Assembly (NCBI GenBank): GCA_964016885.1
Contig: OZ024740.1
Location: forward strand, 282,782,001-282,846,000
Direction: 5' to 3'
DNA length: 64,000 nucleotides
Origin: Eledone cirrhosa
Lineage: Eukaryota
Program-made: the position numbers and the translations under genes
Part shown: in pieces, positions 1-15,342 of the stretch
Position numbering within the stretch: the stretch's first letter is position 1
Layout: every line of letters starts with the position of its first letter
Notes under the pieces: model-generated
Databases searched by the model: none
Told to the model about the DNA's origin: nothing
The model's input: only the letters and a program-made list of their open reading frames with translations

Positions 1-246
1 ATAGGACAGACACAAAACAGCCTCCGACAACGTATGACCGTCCATAGATCACAAATCAAAATACAGGAATACAGAAAGATTGCTTTCAGTGAACATATCG
101 CCAATTGTACACCTAACCAACATCCAAACTTTAAAATTTTCCCCATTTACAAATTCATAGACTACGCTTCTTTCCCCCATCGTACAAATGTGGAAAAGTA
201 CTTCATTAATAAATTCCATCCTCTACTTAATGGATTAAACTTCTGA
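1..246 (+). pseudogene. PLE GIY-YIG endonuclease C-terminal fragment, cut by the window edge; 3' UTR runs to ~910 with a degenerate hammerhead-like core at ~710-746
   Basis: Frame 1 reads IGQTQNSLRQRMTVHRSQI...FSEHIANC...EKYFINKFHPLLN, a typical PLE endonuclease end (YIG-T..L..R..H, H..C, E...I...LN). Confidence 0.8.
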
Positions 247-1036
247 CTAAACTAAAACTGGAACGAACATTGAACCAAAACCAAATTCTATGTACTCTAA
301 AGAGTTACTTCTACCTAATCCTTTTTCTTATATAAATAAATTACCCCCTCTCATTTCTCTAGCCGCTACCTGACCACCTGAATTACCTCCCCCTGCATAA
401 TAACTCTCTAAAAAGGGAAATCATATAAAACCCCAGACTACCATTTGCCTCCATCATGGATCAACTAAGCTCTCTTGCCATAATAACACATTTTGAACTG
501 CTTATCCTCAAGAACTATGCCTGTAAATAATATTATTCTTTCTTTCCCATTACCTTATCATGTTCCACATTACCCCCTTTGTTTTTCTTTTTTCTTTTTA
601 CTTCAAAAACCTTGTTTGTAAATAATATTATTCTTTCTTCCCCGTTTCGTTAACATGTTCAACATCACATCATTTTCTCTCCAGCATTTTACACCAATAC
701 AAATTCCCCACTTTGATAATGCATAAAATGCTGAAACCGGTAATAGAAAATTATTAAATATATAAATAAATAAATGCCATTGCTAATTAATAATAAATTA
801 ACTAATACCTTAGCACCTCACACAAAGTATATTTTGTTTTAAACATTTTGTAACCCAGAAAAAAGAGAAAAAAATAAAAGGAAAAAAAATATACTTTTCT
901 TCCTAATAATCGTCTTTTTCTCCCCATTTTCATATATATATATATATATATGGCAATGTAAAAAAACAACAGCACAGATGTAAAAGGTACGAAAGGTATA
1001 GGTTTACGCTTATATATATATATATATAATTATTTA

Positions 1037-1514
1037 GGTTTGTTGGTTCACTACTGGATAGAACTGTTCATTCCGTATGGTTAACCTCGATGTAATATTA
1101 TGGAGAGCACTCAACGTAATTCAACTCACCCGTCTTCGTTTGTGTAGTTGGTGGTGGGATAACGCAGTTAATTATTATAAAATAACAGGAGGCTGGACTG
1201 GTGTAATTCCTTAAAAGGTTTATTATACTATGATCATTTCAATGACCGGGTTCAGTAGGAATCCGGTGACCAGGTATTCGAAATATAACAAAGGAATATA
1301 ATAGACAAAATCCATGGGGCTGAAAATCAGAGATATGAGGGCGACCGAACATTTAGCAGCTTCTACCCCGGTCAGCCACCCCAAATATTCCTTTGTTATA
1401 TTTTGAATACCTGATGATGTCACCGGATTCATACTGAACCCGGTCATTGAAATTATCATAGTATAATAAACCTTTTAAGGAATTACACCAGTCCAACCTC
1501 CTGTTATTTTATAA
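1037..1514. mobile_element. Fold-back PLE end, family A copy 1 (arms ~1175-1299 and ~1385-1514, tail 1037-1172)
   Basis: Inverted arms, (TA)n on both flanks, homologous to 17453-17904, hammerhead core present. Confidence 0.8.
1407..1464 (+). ncRNA. Type I hammerhead ribozyme (family A)
   Basis: atac CTGATGA [stem II] GAAA ttatca TA gtat; stem I atac/gtat. Confidence 0.75.
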
Positions 1515-1552
1515 TATATATATATATCATCATCATTATCATCATCATCATC

Positions 1553-1877
1553 ATTTTACGTCCGCTTTTCCCTGCTTGCAAGGGTGGGACGGGAACTGAT
1601 TCTGGCTTGATTTCTACAGCTGGATGCACTTCCTAACACCAACCTCATTTACAGTGAGTGGTGGGTGCTTTTTTGCCGTGGCACCTCCACGACCACTTTG
1701 CAGTGGAATGATAGGGACCCCAGTCCCTATCATCTCATTTCTACAGCTGAGTAAACAGAAGCAATGTGAAATAAAGTGTCTTGCTCAAGGAAACAACACA
1801 TCACCCGGTCTGAGAATTGAACTGACAACCTTTCTATTGCAAGGCCAATGCTCTAACCACTAAGCCATGTGCCTCCA
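1553..1877 (-). mobile_element. tRNA-derived SINE with CORE-like central domain (family 2)
   Basis: The minus strand has A box TGGCTTAGTGG, B-box-like GTTCAATTC, then ccttgagcaagacacttt (CORE-like) and an (ATG)n tail. Related pieces occur at 44300-44485 and 47730-47845. Confidence 0.75.
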
Positions 1878-1929
1878 TCTATATATATACATATATACAT
1901 ATATGTATATATATAGAGAGAGAGAGAAT

Positions 1930-2132
1930 ATTTTCGAAACAGCGAGCGGGTTTGAAATTATTAGAAATGTAAGCTATCACCGTATTTTACTAAAGAAATT
2001 AAAGAAATTATTTACATGTACGTCAATACTCATCTTTTTCCATTTCTCCGAGGGTTTTTAACCCCACTATCATGCTAAATAATTTCTTTAATTTCTTTAG
2101 TCAAAATACGGCGATACCTTACATTTCTAATA

Positions 2133-2134
<2 letters not shown>
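1930..2134. mobile_element. Short fold-back element, probably a PLE end
   Basis: Inverted arms ~1957-2018 and 2071-2134 between microsatellites. Confidence 0.5.
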
Positions 2135-2177
<43 letters not shown>

Positions 2178-2179
<2 letters not shown>

Positions 2180-2343
2180 GAGGGTCGGACGCCATGCTTT
2201 CCAGCATAGTTACATCCCTTTACGATCTGAGTTCAAATCCCGCCGAGGTTAACTTTGCCTTTCATCCTTACGGGGTCGATAAAATAAAGTACCAGTAATG
2301 CACTGGCTAATTGCTGGCCTTGTGCCTAAAGTAGAAACAATTA
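2178..2343 (+). mobile_element. tRNA-derived SINE family 1, 5' truncated
   Basis: B box GAGTTCAAATCC, central gcctttcatccttacggggtcgataaaataaagtacc, 3' end gtagaaacaatta; many copies in the window. Confidence 0.85.
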
Positions 2344-2389
2344 TATATATAATAATAATAATAATATTTCAAGAATTATTAATAATAGT

Positions 2390-2467
<78 letters not shown>

Positions 2468-2554
2468 CGTATTCTGCTTATTTCGATCTCTTTGATCCCA
2501 AATTCAAGATTTCATGAAAATAAAGACACATAATTATCAGTTCAGAACGAGAGG

Positions 2555-2593
<39 letters not shown>

Positions 2594-3744
2594 GGAGGGA
2601 GGGGGGTGAATAGTTTGATGAGTATGCGAACTAGCTCTGGGTATATTATTTGTTGAGAATAAAAGAAACAGTCAGGAACGATCATTTTGCTTATTTGAAG
2701 CGACTAAATGTGCTATTGTCTTTGACACTCCTGAATGTGTACACGGTTGGTTGTCAGTGGACATGATGTGACGAAGGACAGATTTGGAGGAGTTTTACCT
2801 TGTGGGCAGCGTGGAGATGGATGCAGCGTAGGAAGTACATGTGGAAGCTTCTCTACAAAAATACTTGGAAAAGGAAGTATCCGCAATGATTAGAGATATA
2901 TCGCAATAGAAAAGTTTGCGAGATATAGGATACACTGAAAACATTTTTCGAACGGTAGTCTTGCTGAACTGGCTGTATTGAGTAACAACAGTCCAGTTTG
3001 TAGGAGTGATGACATCATTTACTTGCGATAGTGAACACTGGCTTATAATCAATGCCAGCTAGACCAAATAGACATATGGTCAAAAACGTTGAAGCTATCA
3101 TAAATACAAAAAAAAACATTATCAAATATAATTTTAGATATCAGCTATTTCTAGAGACTAATGAATTACTCGAGGTATATTAGTTGTTATTTTTAATATG
3201 TTCAATGACCACATTGAGGTCCTCGTTAGCACTAAAATATCCCCAAATAATTGTCTTAAAATATACTTAATAGAAATTTAAACGAGACTTATTGATCTTG
3301 TATAAACATAACTGACTGAATATCTTTAATAACCATTTAGTAATGCGCACTCACACACACAATTACAGACAAACATAAGTACATAGACATACTGTTGTAA
3401 TATTTTCAAAAATGTTTTCGACAGACATATGCATACACAGATGTACTATTTATGAATGCACCCATACGAACACACGTATACAAACACACGTACACAAATG
3501 CGTATACACACGATGTAGATGCAATATTTATGCAATGTGAATGCAAATGAGAAGGAAAAGCGGGTGTTTTATAAAGATTGACGTCATAAAATGTTTCTAA
3601 TTCAAATGGAAATATATATATTTGTTTCTAATTCAAATGGAAATATACATATATATTTATCATTAATATTGATATAATAACAAACATAAACTAGCGTTAT
3701 ATATTTGGCAAACTATATTTGGCATCAATGTCACAAATATCCTC

Positions 3745-4093
3745 ACCACCACCACCACCACCACCACCACCACCACCACGACCACCACCACCATCACCAC
3801 AACCATCACCATCACCACTACCACCGCCATCATCACCACCACCACACACCCCTCTACCTCCCCACCCCCCATCAAACACCATCACCACCATCACCACCAA
3901 TGCCACTAATAATACTACGTAGTTTATTAACTGTCAAGATATAATTGACAAATCTCCTTCAGAGTACACCATATCGTCTTAGTAGTGAAAGACAAGGTTA
4001 GGAAATGTGATTTTAGGTTCATTGTATCAAGAGAAAGGAAGGGGTGGTCACGGACGGAAGGTTTTTGATCAAAGGTCTATTTGATCGGGTCTG

Positions 4094-4130
<37 letters not shown>

Positions 4131-4187
4131 AGACAATATTTCTATGATAACCACCAAAATAAAACAAATCATCTGACAATAACATTG

Positions 4188-4230
<43 letters not shown>

Positions 4231-4505
4231 AGACAATATTTCTATGATAACCACCAAAATAAAACAAATCATCTGACAATAACATTGACAACAACAGCAA
4301 CAACAACAACAACAACAACAAAACAACAACAACATCAACAATAACAATAATGAGAACAACTATAAAAACGAAAAAATAAAAATAACCACCACAACTAAAA
4401 GAACAATAACACAAACAACAGTGACTACAACAACAACAACAACAACGACGACTTGCCCAACAACGACTACAACAAAACAACACTAGCGACCACAACAATA
4501 ACAAA
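3745..4505. repeat. (CAC)n and (ACA)n microsatellites with a 105-bp tandem duplication at ~4095-4320
   Basis: aagacaatatttctatgataaccaccaaaataaaacaaatcatctgacaataacattgac occurs twice between (ACA)n runs. Confidence 0.9.
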
Positions 4506-5029
4506 AGCTGTACCTCCTTATTAACACCTCATGTCTATCAATAGTGACAGTCATGCCAAAGTGTCATGTCCAGCTATAGAGCTATGTTCTGGCCTGAAGC
4601 CACACAAATAGCCGCAATATATATATATATATATATATATCTATATTCCTTACCATCTTATGATTGCAGCCAATTATCTAACCTTTGCTAATCACTCCAC
4701 CAATTTCCAACAAACTTAATCAAGAATGATCAGTTAACATTTGAAGAGGCATCGTTCCCTTCTTCTGTCTGTGGCTGTCATCAATTTGGCAATGCCGTAA
4801 CTGCAACGTTGAATAATAATAATCAAATTCCACAAGTTCATCTGATCATCGAAGTTAATGTCTTCTGGCTGTAATGGAAATCACAGTTTAAAAGAGAAAG
4901 AATACTATTAATATATATATTAGGAGAGAGAGAGAGAGAGGGGGGGGAGGAGAGACTCAATCACGGTAATATCTACTACATTAAATAAGTTAAGATATTC
5001 CAGTGGTTGTTTCAATACACACACACAAC

Positions 5030-5073
<44 letters not shown>

Positions 5074-5084
5074 GCGCGCGCACG

Positions 5085-5149
<65 letters not shown>

Positions 5150-5188
5150 GCACACACACATACACACACACACACATATATATATATA

Positions 5189-5298
5189 TAACGAAGGAAA
5201 TGTGGTAAGGAAACAGATGGACCATACTACACCAAATTACTCAATACTTAGGGTAGTAGAGTGGGTAATGGGAACAAGTAGGACCTACTTGTTCCTAT
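5189..5298 (-). mobile_element. Minimal fold-back element, family D (tail plus ~12-bp inverted arm)
   Basis: Homologous to 47380-47616, 52882-53060 and 63010-63336; arm ggaacaagtagg/cctacttgttcc. Confidence 0.7.
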
Positions 5299-6919
5299 AT
5301 ATATATATATATATATTTACACACACACGCATAGATACACATACACACACAAACACACACATATACACACACCCTCAAACACTCATACATACATGTGTAT
5401 ATATATATATATATAGGTGTGTGTATGTGTGTGTGTGTGTGTTTGAGTGTTTCTGTGTGAGTGTGTGTTTGTGTATGCATGTATATACATATATACATAT
5501 CAGTTATTTCGATTGCAGTATATATTGGCATAAACTGTGTTGAACAGAGGATGCAATTGCTGGAAGTTATGGTATAGTAACGGCAGCTGAAGAGATAGAG
5601 GATAGAATCCACTTGGTCTTAGCAATGGTCGCCCGCAGAGCTTACGTATAAAAAATGGAGACAGAAATATCAATGTAAAAAGACGTGTATTCTCATCACA
5701 TGTGCTTCACTCTCAAAGTCGACTCAAAACCTTTCATAAGTAAAGAAGCTATTACGTAATGATGTGGTTCGACAAACATGTGTGTATAAACGTGTTGAGC
5801 TCAATTCCTTCTTAGGATTTGAATTCAGAATGAATAGCTGGAACCAATATCAGAAAACATCTCCAATTAACCTTTGAAAGTTAAGTCAGCCCATCGGTCT
5901 GGAGACTGGTATAATGTTTATCAGATCTGAAAGTCTGAATGGAAAAGTGAACATCGGTAGAATTCAAATTCAGAGTAGAAAAGAAATACTAAAACACATA
6001 TTAATCCGCCGCCATAATCACTTCGAAAATTGGCCATTTTAAAATAATTATCCAATATATTTATACTATACAGCCTATATTAAAAAATTTAAGATACTTT
6101 TAATGTAAGTATAATTAGGGTTTATACGTCTTACTTTGTAATCATACATAGATGTGAATTGGAAATTGAGAAATATCCAAGACTCTAAACCAGGTTACAA
6201 AAATAAAGTTAAATCAAAATGAATGACATTCCGGGAAGACTTGGAAAGGCAAAAAAGAACAAAGAAATATATGTTCTTTGATAACTCTGGTATTTTTAGG
6301 AAAACTGTCAAAAACGTCGAAGACAAAACTACATGGATATAAATATAACGAAAATTGACATGTTCACATTTCTCATGGAGAATGTATTGATTACATTTTG
6401 GAAATAAATAGTTTAGAAAGTTAGATATTCTTTCAAAAGAAACGTCAATATGTATTTTTGCAGTTGTTATCTCGAACTAAGGAAAGTCTCGAGTGTTTAT
6501 GGACATCTTTGTCTCACCGAAGAATATTATTACTGACAACTTTAGCTGTAATTCTTCATTGGCACCAACAGATCAGGCATCAATAAATTATCACGTGTTT
6601 GGAATGTTGTAGCTTGTCTTCGATTCCGATCCGTATTAATATTCCCAAACGCAGAATATTGTTATGTTAATCAAATCTGGCACACACACACACACACGCA
6701 GACGTATGTGTATATATGTATAAATATATACGCATTCACGGATACACACACACGCGCGCGCGCAGACAGATTTGTATACATGTATAAATATATACGCATT
6801 CACGGACACATACACACACACATACACACACACTCACATACAAATACACACACACATATAAATACAGTATATATATATATTTATATGTGGAGAGAGAGAG
6901 AGAGGTAGAATGTGAGAGC

Positions 6920-6955
<36 letters not shown>

Positions 6956-7339
6956 AAGGGAGAGAGAGATAGAGAGAGAGAAAGAGAGGGTGGGAGAGAG
7001 AGAGAGAGAGAGAGAAAGAGAGACGTAAACAGATGGTCAGAGAAATACTGATATAGAGAACAGATGGGTTGATAAAAAGACAAGAAATAATGCCATGAGA
7101 ACTAACATCGAAACCAGCATTACTTCACTAGTCCACGAGTAGACTTCATTCAATTACTATATTCCATAAACTGTACCGTGTGTTTGTAACTCTAAAGCAA
7201 ATCTATATATTTAGATGGTGTCAAGTGTAAATCAGTTGAAGATATAACTAAACAAACAACACATTATTTACCTTAAATAAGCATATTGAATTACGACTAT
7301 TGACACGCAATTAGAAAATTAGTTAAAATTAAGCAATAA

Positions 7340-7410
<71 letters not shown>

Positions 7411-7411
<1 letters not shown>

Positions 7412-8386
7412 TAGCAGCAGCACTCGGCGTTGCCTGGGTAGGTAAAATAATATCTGCTTTGATGAAAAGGTGTTGATCTTAGCGACTGCTTCTCGATGAC
7501 TCATCTATGGCCACACAGCCCATGGAGGGTGGGAGGGAGGGTGGTGATGACCTCTATCACTGAGAAACGCGGGTGACTGATGATGGGGCATGCTAAGGGA
7601 GGGAGGTAATCTAACACTAAGCCAAATTTCCTCACGCTACTTGATTGGAAACCGATGAATTCTCAAATACACAACTAAAAGCTCAGACGACGTCAGTGGC
7701 CATCGTTTTGCCTTTGACCATCTATAAGATGTGCAATGATAGGTTCTATCATAGTATAAAAGTTGAACCAAATAAATTGATTTATGTGTGAGGTGGAGCC
7801 GAAGATTCGAATTTGAACGAAATCGGTTGAAAATGTGGGAGCTAGAGCCGAAAAGGCGGAGATTTGAGCGAAAAGGTGGTATTTTCGAATATTTAAGCGC
7901 CTGCTACACCGTTCCTGAACAAAGAATCCAAAATGTAAAGCCATTTTAAGACGTGAAATAATCAGATCTAGCGTAGTGTCAAATGTCAACAAAGTAAGTT
8001 GATTAATGTGGGAGCTAGAGCCGAAAAAGTGGAAATTTGAGTCTAAAAATGGTATTTTAGAATATTTAAGCGTCTGCCACGCCGAACCTAAAAACACAAA
8101 TGCAAAATGTAAAGGCTTTACAGGATCGGCAATGATAAATTCTATTTTGCTTTAAAATTTGAACGAAATCGGTGGCAAAATTTGGGAGCTAGAGCTAAAA
8201 ATCTTATTTTTCGATACCTAAAAAAAAGGTGACCACCAATCGATTTTTATCTGCAGAATGACCCCGGAATAAAAAAAAACGCTGATATATAGAAAACACT
8301 CCCCGATGACTAATCTATGAGCCTGTAAAGTTTCATGTAAATCAGTCGTAAGATGTACGCCCCTATAGGTAATACACAGACACACA

Positions 8387-8483
<97 letters not shown>

Positions 8484-8504
8484 TTAATTTTATATATATA
8501 CAGA
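7411..8504 (-). mobile_element. Non-autonomous Helitron-like element
   Basis: The minus strand starts A|TC(TGTATATATATAAAA) followed by (GT)n and ends with hairpin acccaggcaacgccgagt...CTAG|T. Same architecture as 19222-20846. Confidence 0.75.
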
Positions 8505-8640
8505 TATATATATATATATATATATGCGTATGTGTGTAAGTAATATGAGTAAATAGATCACAATTTCTATCATCTTATTTGAAAGTAATTGCACCTCTGT
8601 TCTTTTATCATTATGAAACAGGAAGCACACACACAAACAC

Positions 8641-8770
<130 letters not shown>

Positions 8771-8909
8771 GTATATACACACACATTTTAGTGTGTATAT
8801 ATATATATATATATTACATAGTAGTTTAACAATGCTAACAAAGGCGAGTTATTAAACATATTTCATTCATTGTTTTACGATCGTTTCGGAGGGTTGATCA
8901 TATTGATAT

Positions 8910-8961
<52 letters not shown>

Positions 8962-8965
<4 letters not shown>

Positions 8966-9370
8966 GGAGGTGAGTTTTATTGTAGTACAATAAAGCAATG
9001 CAGATATCGGATAAGTAGTACTCTACAGTTTGTAGGACTGGAGTATAAATAATATATAAGATCAAAAGATGGTTAAAAGAGTTCCATGTATTTTATTATG
9101 CGCATTTCAAAAACAAATATCATCATGCAATGACATTTGCGTTTTCATCGGATAAAATAGGTTAAAAAGGTTAAAAAATACTTGTGAATAGTGCAGTTGT
9201 AAATCAACATATGTTGATTTAAAACTGTACTATTCACAAGTGCTTTTTAAGCTTGATATCATGTCTCCCTATTTTATCTGATGAAAACGCAAATGTCATC
9301 GCATGATTATATTTGTTTTTGATATGCGCATAATAAAATACATGGAACTCTTTTAACCATCTTTTGATCT

Positions 9371-9380
<10 letters not shown>
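8962..9380. mobile_element. Fold-back PLE end, family B copy 1 (palindrome centred at 9210/9211, tail on the left)
   Basis: Near-perfect palindrome 9048-9380. Both hammerhead cores carry one mutation. Homologous to 50133-50560. Confidence 0.8.
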
Positions 9381-9401
<21 letters not shown>

Positions 9402-10169
9402 CATATACATGTATGAGAATAAAAATGGGGTCGCACATGAAATAGACAACGGAAAAAAACAGACAGTCCCTTCTCTTCAGTCAACTTCTGGAAATTCTTA
9501 TAACTTCGGTTCTTTAAAATTTAGACTGTTCATCACAATGCACATGTGGTGCTAACAGAAAAAAGCAAAAAAAAACAAAAAAACAGGGAGTCATAGGCCA
9601 AATTGTGCTTTTCGATGAATTATATATGTATATATATGTATATATATAGTAATAATATATATTCGTGTTGCAAAAATTCTTGCAACACGAATTGGCGCAA
9701 AACTTATTTTAATAAATCTGGAGCCACTTTTTTCACATAATACAGGTACAATTTCCAAAACTAATCAGATTAGAGCAAACATCACGGGCGCTCTATATCA
9801 AAATTATTTTGAAAAGCATTAGAAATGCGCAACCGGTAAAACTTAAAACCAAAACTGAATACTAACCAATACTATTACTAATTTTTACTTATTCCTTATT
9901 AAACTATTTTTCACTGGGAACAATTTGTCAGCATTTTCTTTTCCGTTTAACAATATATATATATAATTCATTATCAAGCACTTCGATCATGTAGTGGTAA
10001 ATCATTTTGACATCTTAATGTTGTTATAGATAAGGATGGGTTACGCCATTAACATATATATATATATAGTGATAAACGCACAATGTTGAGGTGAATCCCT
10101 ATTTTGTTTATATGACTAAAGGGTATGGCTGTAGGATGGGATTCTATACTCGTCAGGATCATAATAGGA

Positions 10170-11105
10170 GAAAGTTTTAAAAAGTTTATGCATCTAATCG
10201 AAAACGTGTTCTAATCTATTATTAATTAAACTTTTTTCGATAATAATTGTTTCTACTTTAGGCACAAGGCCAGCAATTACCCAGTGCATTACTGGTACTT
10301 TATTTTATCGACCCCGTAAGGATGAAAGGCAAAGTCAACCTCGGCGGGATTTGAACTCAGATCGTAAAGGGACGTAACTATGCTGGAAAGCATGGCGTCC
10401 GACTCTCTACTGATACTGCCAAACCACCGCACTTTTTTCGATAATAATATAGTACAATTCTAGCATACAGATATTGCAAATACCTGTATCTTGTTTACAC
10501 TGGTCGGCGAATACCAGGACAGACCAAGAAATCTCGTATCCAGTTCCATTCCCCTCCAGTTCCTATATTTTGTTGGCTAAAGTTGTAGAATTCCTAAGTA
10601 TATGACTTTTGAAAGAATGTATATCAACATACTATATTTTCTTAAATACATTTGGAGTAGCCACTATATATTTTATATTCTGTTTGTTTGTACAGATCAC
10701 ACACTGGTATACCATGTTACTGCACATACACATATTTCGTATGGGGCAATTCTCGGGCCATGGGCAATTGCATTTTATCTCTTTTCCATGGGAGGGTTCA
10801 CTATTATTGTTGTTGTTGGTATTAGATGTGGTAGATATGAGGATAAGTTGTGATAGATTTAATTTTCTATTTCTAGTTTTTACTGCCTTGGGTGTATTTA
10901 CTCGCGCTGATTGAGAACATCCTATGGGGTTCATATTAACATTAGAATGCCGTTTAGTATCATAGCTGCTTAAGCGTCTCTTATTCAATTTATTTATGTA
11001 ACCATCCAGATTCATCGAGGTTGAGTAAGATAACTTATTAGTATTTCTGTTTAATATCTTATGGTATTTGGGTGACTGCGGGAAATGCTTGTCGATCAGG
11101 TTAAA
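10170..11105 (-). pseudogene. Decayed PLE thumb/linker + GIY-YIG fragment, interrupted by a SINE
   Basis: NLIDKHFPQSPKYHKILNRNTNKLSYST; CNCPWPENCPIRNMC...VYQC...YIVAT; GICNICMLE. Confidence 0.75.
10248..10430 (-). mobile_element. Full-length SINE family 1 with 18-bp TSD
   Basis: TSD acttttttcgataataat at 10230-10247 and 10431-10448; A and B boxes present. Confidence 0.92.
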
Positions 11106-12852
11106 TGTTTGGGTTCAAAACTAATTTGGTGCTGTTTTTCGTCGATTATGTCAGATACTTTTCTGCATTATCAAGTGTACCACTACTTTCTTACAACAAT
11201 AAAATATTTCATATAGTTTATAAAGCGGTCGATTGGCAGAGTTGTTAGATTATTGGAGAAGTGCCTCTGGAGATGTTTATTCCGGTATTTGTAGTATGTA
11301 GTGAAATTCCGCTGAATTGTAGTTTTTTTTCCATAATTTCAGCTTGCATAGAGAAATTAATGAGAACAGTGATGACGCAACCCACCTTCCCGTAACATTC
11401 TAGAAATCTCGCTGCCTTAAGGGTGGGTGCCTAGAGAGTTTGTTTGAATCTGCTCGTGACAACACTGCATTTAAATTCAGTAGCCAAAACATGCTGTATG
11501 CTAAACAATTATCCTCTCTTTCCAATGATGACCGTGGTTTTAATTGTTTTTCGTTTATCTTTATGTAAATCAGCCAATTTTAACGATACTCATTATAGGA
11601 ATATATAAACTACTGGCTTTTGTTTGTGCAATCCAAATAAAGGACACAGCAATTATAGTTCAGATAATTTCATTTGGATAGTAATCAGCGTTTATTCACA
11701 CTAAATTTTGCAATATCTCACCTTTACATTTCTTTACCGTCCTTACGTTTGACAAGAAAACTCTGAACATTCTATGGAAATTAAATAAGAAAAACCACCC
11801 CATTGGCTGGAGACATGTTTATATCATGTGAAAGCCGAGATATCATATAACGAATTGATTTTTATTATCAGAATAATTGAATTATATAACCAGACAAAAC
11901 TTAATCAGACAAAAGCGGAATTAACTAATCAGTATCGAACTCAGAAGAAAATTTACAAACTAACCGTCTAGCTAATTATATGATCTTTCAGCGATGATTA
12001 GTGCAATACAATTAGCCAAGTTTGTGTGTTAGAAAAAGAAATTCAATAAACACAGCAGAGAAAGCTGTCTTTGCGTCTAAAAAGTATAGTGTTATACTTG
12101 AAAACCAACATGACAATGTTAATGTCACATCGAAATACAAAAGAGTCGTTAGAGCGAAAGCCAAACTGCCAGAAGAGGTCAACTTTGACTTTTTCCTTCT
12201 ATGATTGTTTTTGGCGGAATTATCAGGACATTGACGCATTTGCTCCGATTATTTGTATTCTGAGTTCCAATACCGACGTGATCTATTGGGTGGTAGATTT
12301 AGTATTTCATTCAGTTTAACACCAGCTACTAACAGCTAGATACTTTGATTGGAATCTACATATTCGGGTCAAAGCTTCAATTTGAAGATATCTTTCTCCT
12401 AACTTCTCACCATTTAATTTTTGTTAATACGTTTTTATTAGTACCGACGTTCATATCCGTTTATAGCCCATAAGTGGAAAAGAAAGAGTAGCAGCCATTT
12501 CATTCTGTGGATCAACAGAAATCTTTACAGTGATGTTTACTGAATGAAAAAATACGGATTAAAATACCCAGGGCTGTAAAGCAAATTGATCCTCTTGAAA
12601 TACAATTGAAGTAGTCGGTATCTCTGAATTGTCACTACCGATAAGATGAACTTATACTGGTTCATCGTAGTGTGACACATCCCACACCTCCAAGCCAACA
12701 TGGTCACCCTTCCATTCAGCTTCCTATTTACACAAAAGCTAGTCTTTGAATATCAAATTCACATATGAAAACACGCGCCCGTGCACATGCAGACACAAAC
12801 ACACACAAACGCACATGAATATATACGTGTACTCCAACAATGACATACGCAC

Positions 12853-12943
<91 letters not shown>

Positions 12944-12949
12944 GATAAT

Positions 12950-13159
12950 TTAATATATCTACTAACATAAGCGCACGGATGTACGCTAATGCCAGCAAAT
13001 ACACAGGTTATGTCATAGTACCTAGGTGGTTCAATGCAGGAGAATGCAGAACAATAATATAAAAGACGTAAAATAAGAACATTTTTTTTAAAAATTTAAA
13101 AAAAAAATTAACTTACTTACTTAAATTTTCACTCCAACTAATTAGTTTCTGCAATGGGA

Positions 13160-13160
<1 letters not shown>
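12950..13160 (-). mobile_element. PLE end fragment (tail and 3' part), family I
   Basis: Inverse-homologous to 41370-41560. Confidence 0.65.
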
Positions 13161-13867
<707 letters not shown>

Positions 13868-15272
13868 TGTAGAAGTTATATTTAATTTGTTGGGATACAA
13901 CAAGAAAATATTTTTATAACTGATATAAAGCGCTCAACACATTTTAAAAGTAAAAATACAATATATTAACAAATGGAAACTATATTTATAAAACCATATT
14001 TATTTCATTATACATATTTTAAGGACACCAAAGCAAAGTATGGTGCGCTTTCATCAGATAAAATATAATATAGATCAGTTTTATAAACTAATATTGACAT
14101 ACCCTTAAAGAATGCGACCATGTCGATTGGAAGCTCCCGGACAGTGGGGTTACTAATTTTATTTTTTATTATTGGTCTATTATGCAAATTTTATTATTGG
14201 TCTATTATGCAAATACATTTAAATTAAGGCGTTGGAATAGGGAAAAAAGAAAAAGAAAAAGAAAGAACGAAAGAAAAACAAAAGAAAGAGAAAGAGAGAA
14301 AACCCTAAGTGAGAGAGTGTTGTATTAACGTAATTTTAAGAGATGATGAAGCGAAAAGATAAATAAATATATATTGGATGAATTACGCGGAGTAAATAAA
14401 TAAAGCGTGGATAAATAAATAAATAAATAAATAGTAATAACCGGAGAATTTTATCTAATGTTTAAATTTGATTAAATTATTGAGATCTATATATTATTAA
14501 AAGAATATATATATACACATATATATATATATATATACTATCAAAAAATATTATTAAATTATATGTTATTATTACATAACATTACATAAATATATTATTA
14601 ATCATCAACCAACAATTAATTATTAATTTTTCAATTAACAATAAAACTTATAAGAAATAACAAAATATATGTTTAAAATATAGGAACGTTCAGAGATTTT
14701 ACCGAAGAAAAATCTCTTCTTAGTAATAGCAATACAGCATGAGGGAAAATTTATTGATTTATCTGTAATTTAGATAGTTCTAAGGATTAAATGTTATAAA
14801 AGTTAAGATGATAAAGAAAGTTAAGATTATAAGAGAACCTTATATTATTTTATAGTACTATAAAATAATTGTTTCTACTTTAGGCACAAGGCCAGCAATT
14901 ACCCAGTGAAGTACCAGTAATGCACTGGGTAATTGCTGGCCTTGTGCCTAAAGTAGAAACAATTATTTTATAGTAAGTTATAATTTTATAAATTTTATAT
15001 ATTTTATAAATCCACCTGTTATACAGTTGTGACTGTTAAAATATAAGTTTGTTTACTATAACGTCTTAATGTTTAAAGTTTTTCATAAGAATATATCTAA
15101 AGTATAAACCGTAAAAAACCTTTTATATGAGTTCATTCATAGAATGTATTCAAATTATACATTTCGATATATATACACACACATATACACAGACATACAT
15201 ACATGCATACATACGCATATATACACACACATATATATATATATACATATATATACACACATACATATACAC

Positions 15273-15339
<67 letters not shown>

Positions 15340-15342
<3 letters not shown>

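Noticed and set aside
2640-3080. Possible host exon in a higher-complexity stretch (similarly 12000-12560, 22800-23090 and 59790-60050)
   Set aside because: No recognisable domain or consistent splice-bounded frame. Small exons cannot be excluded without RNA-seq.
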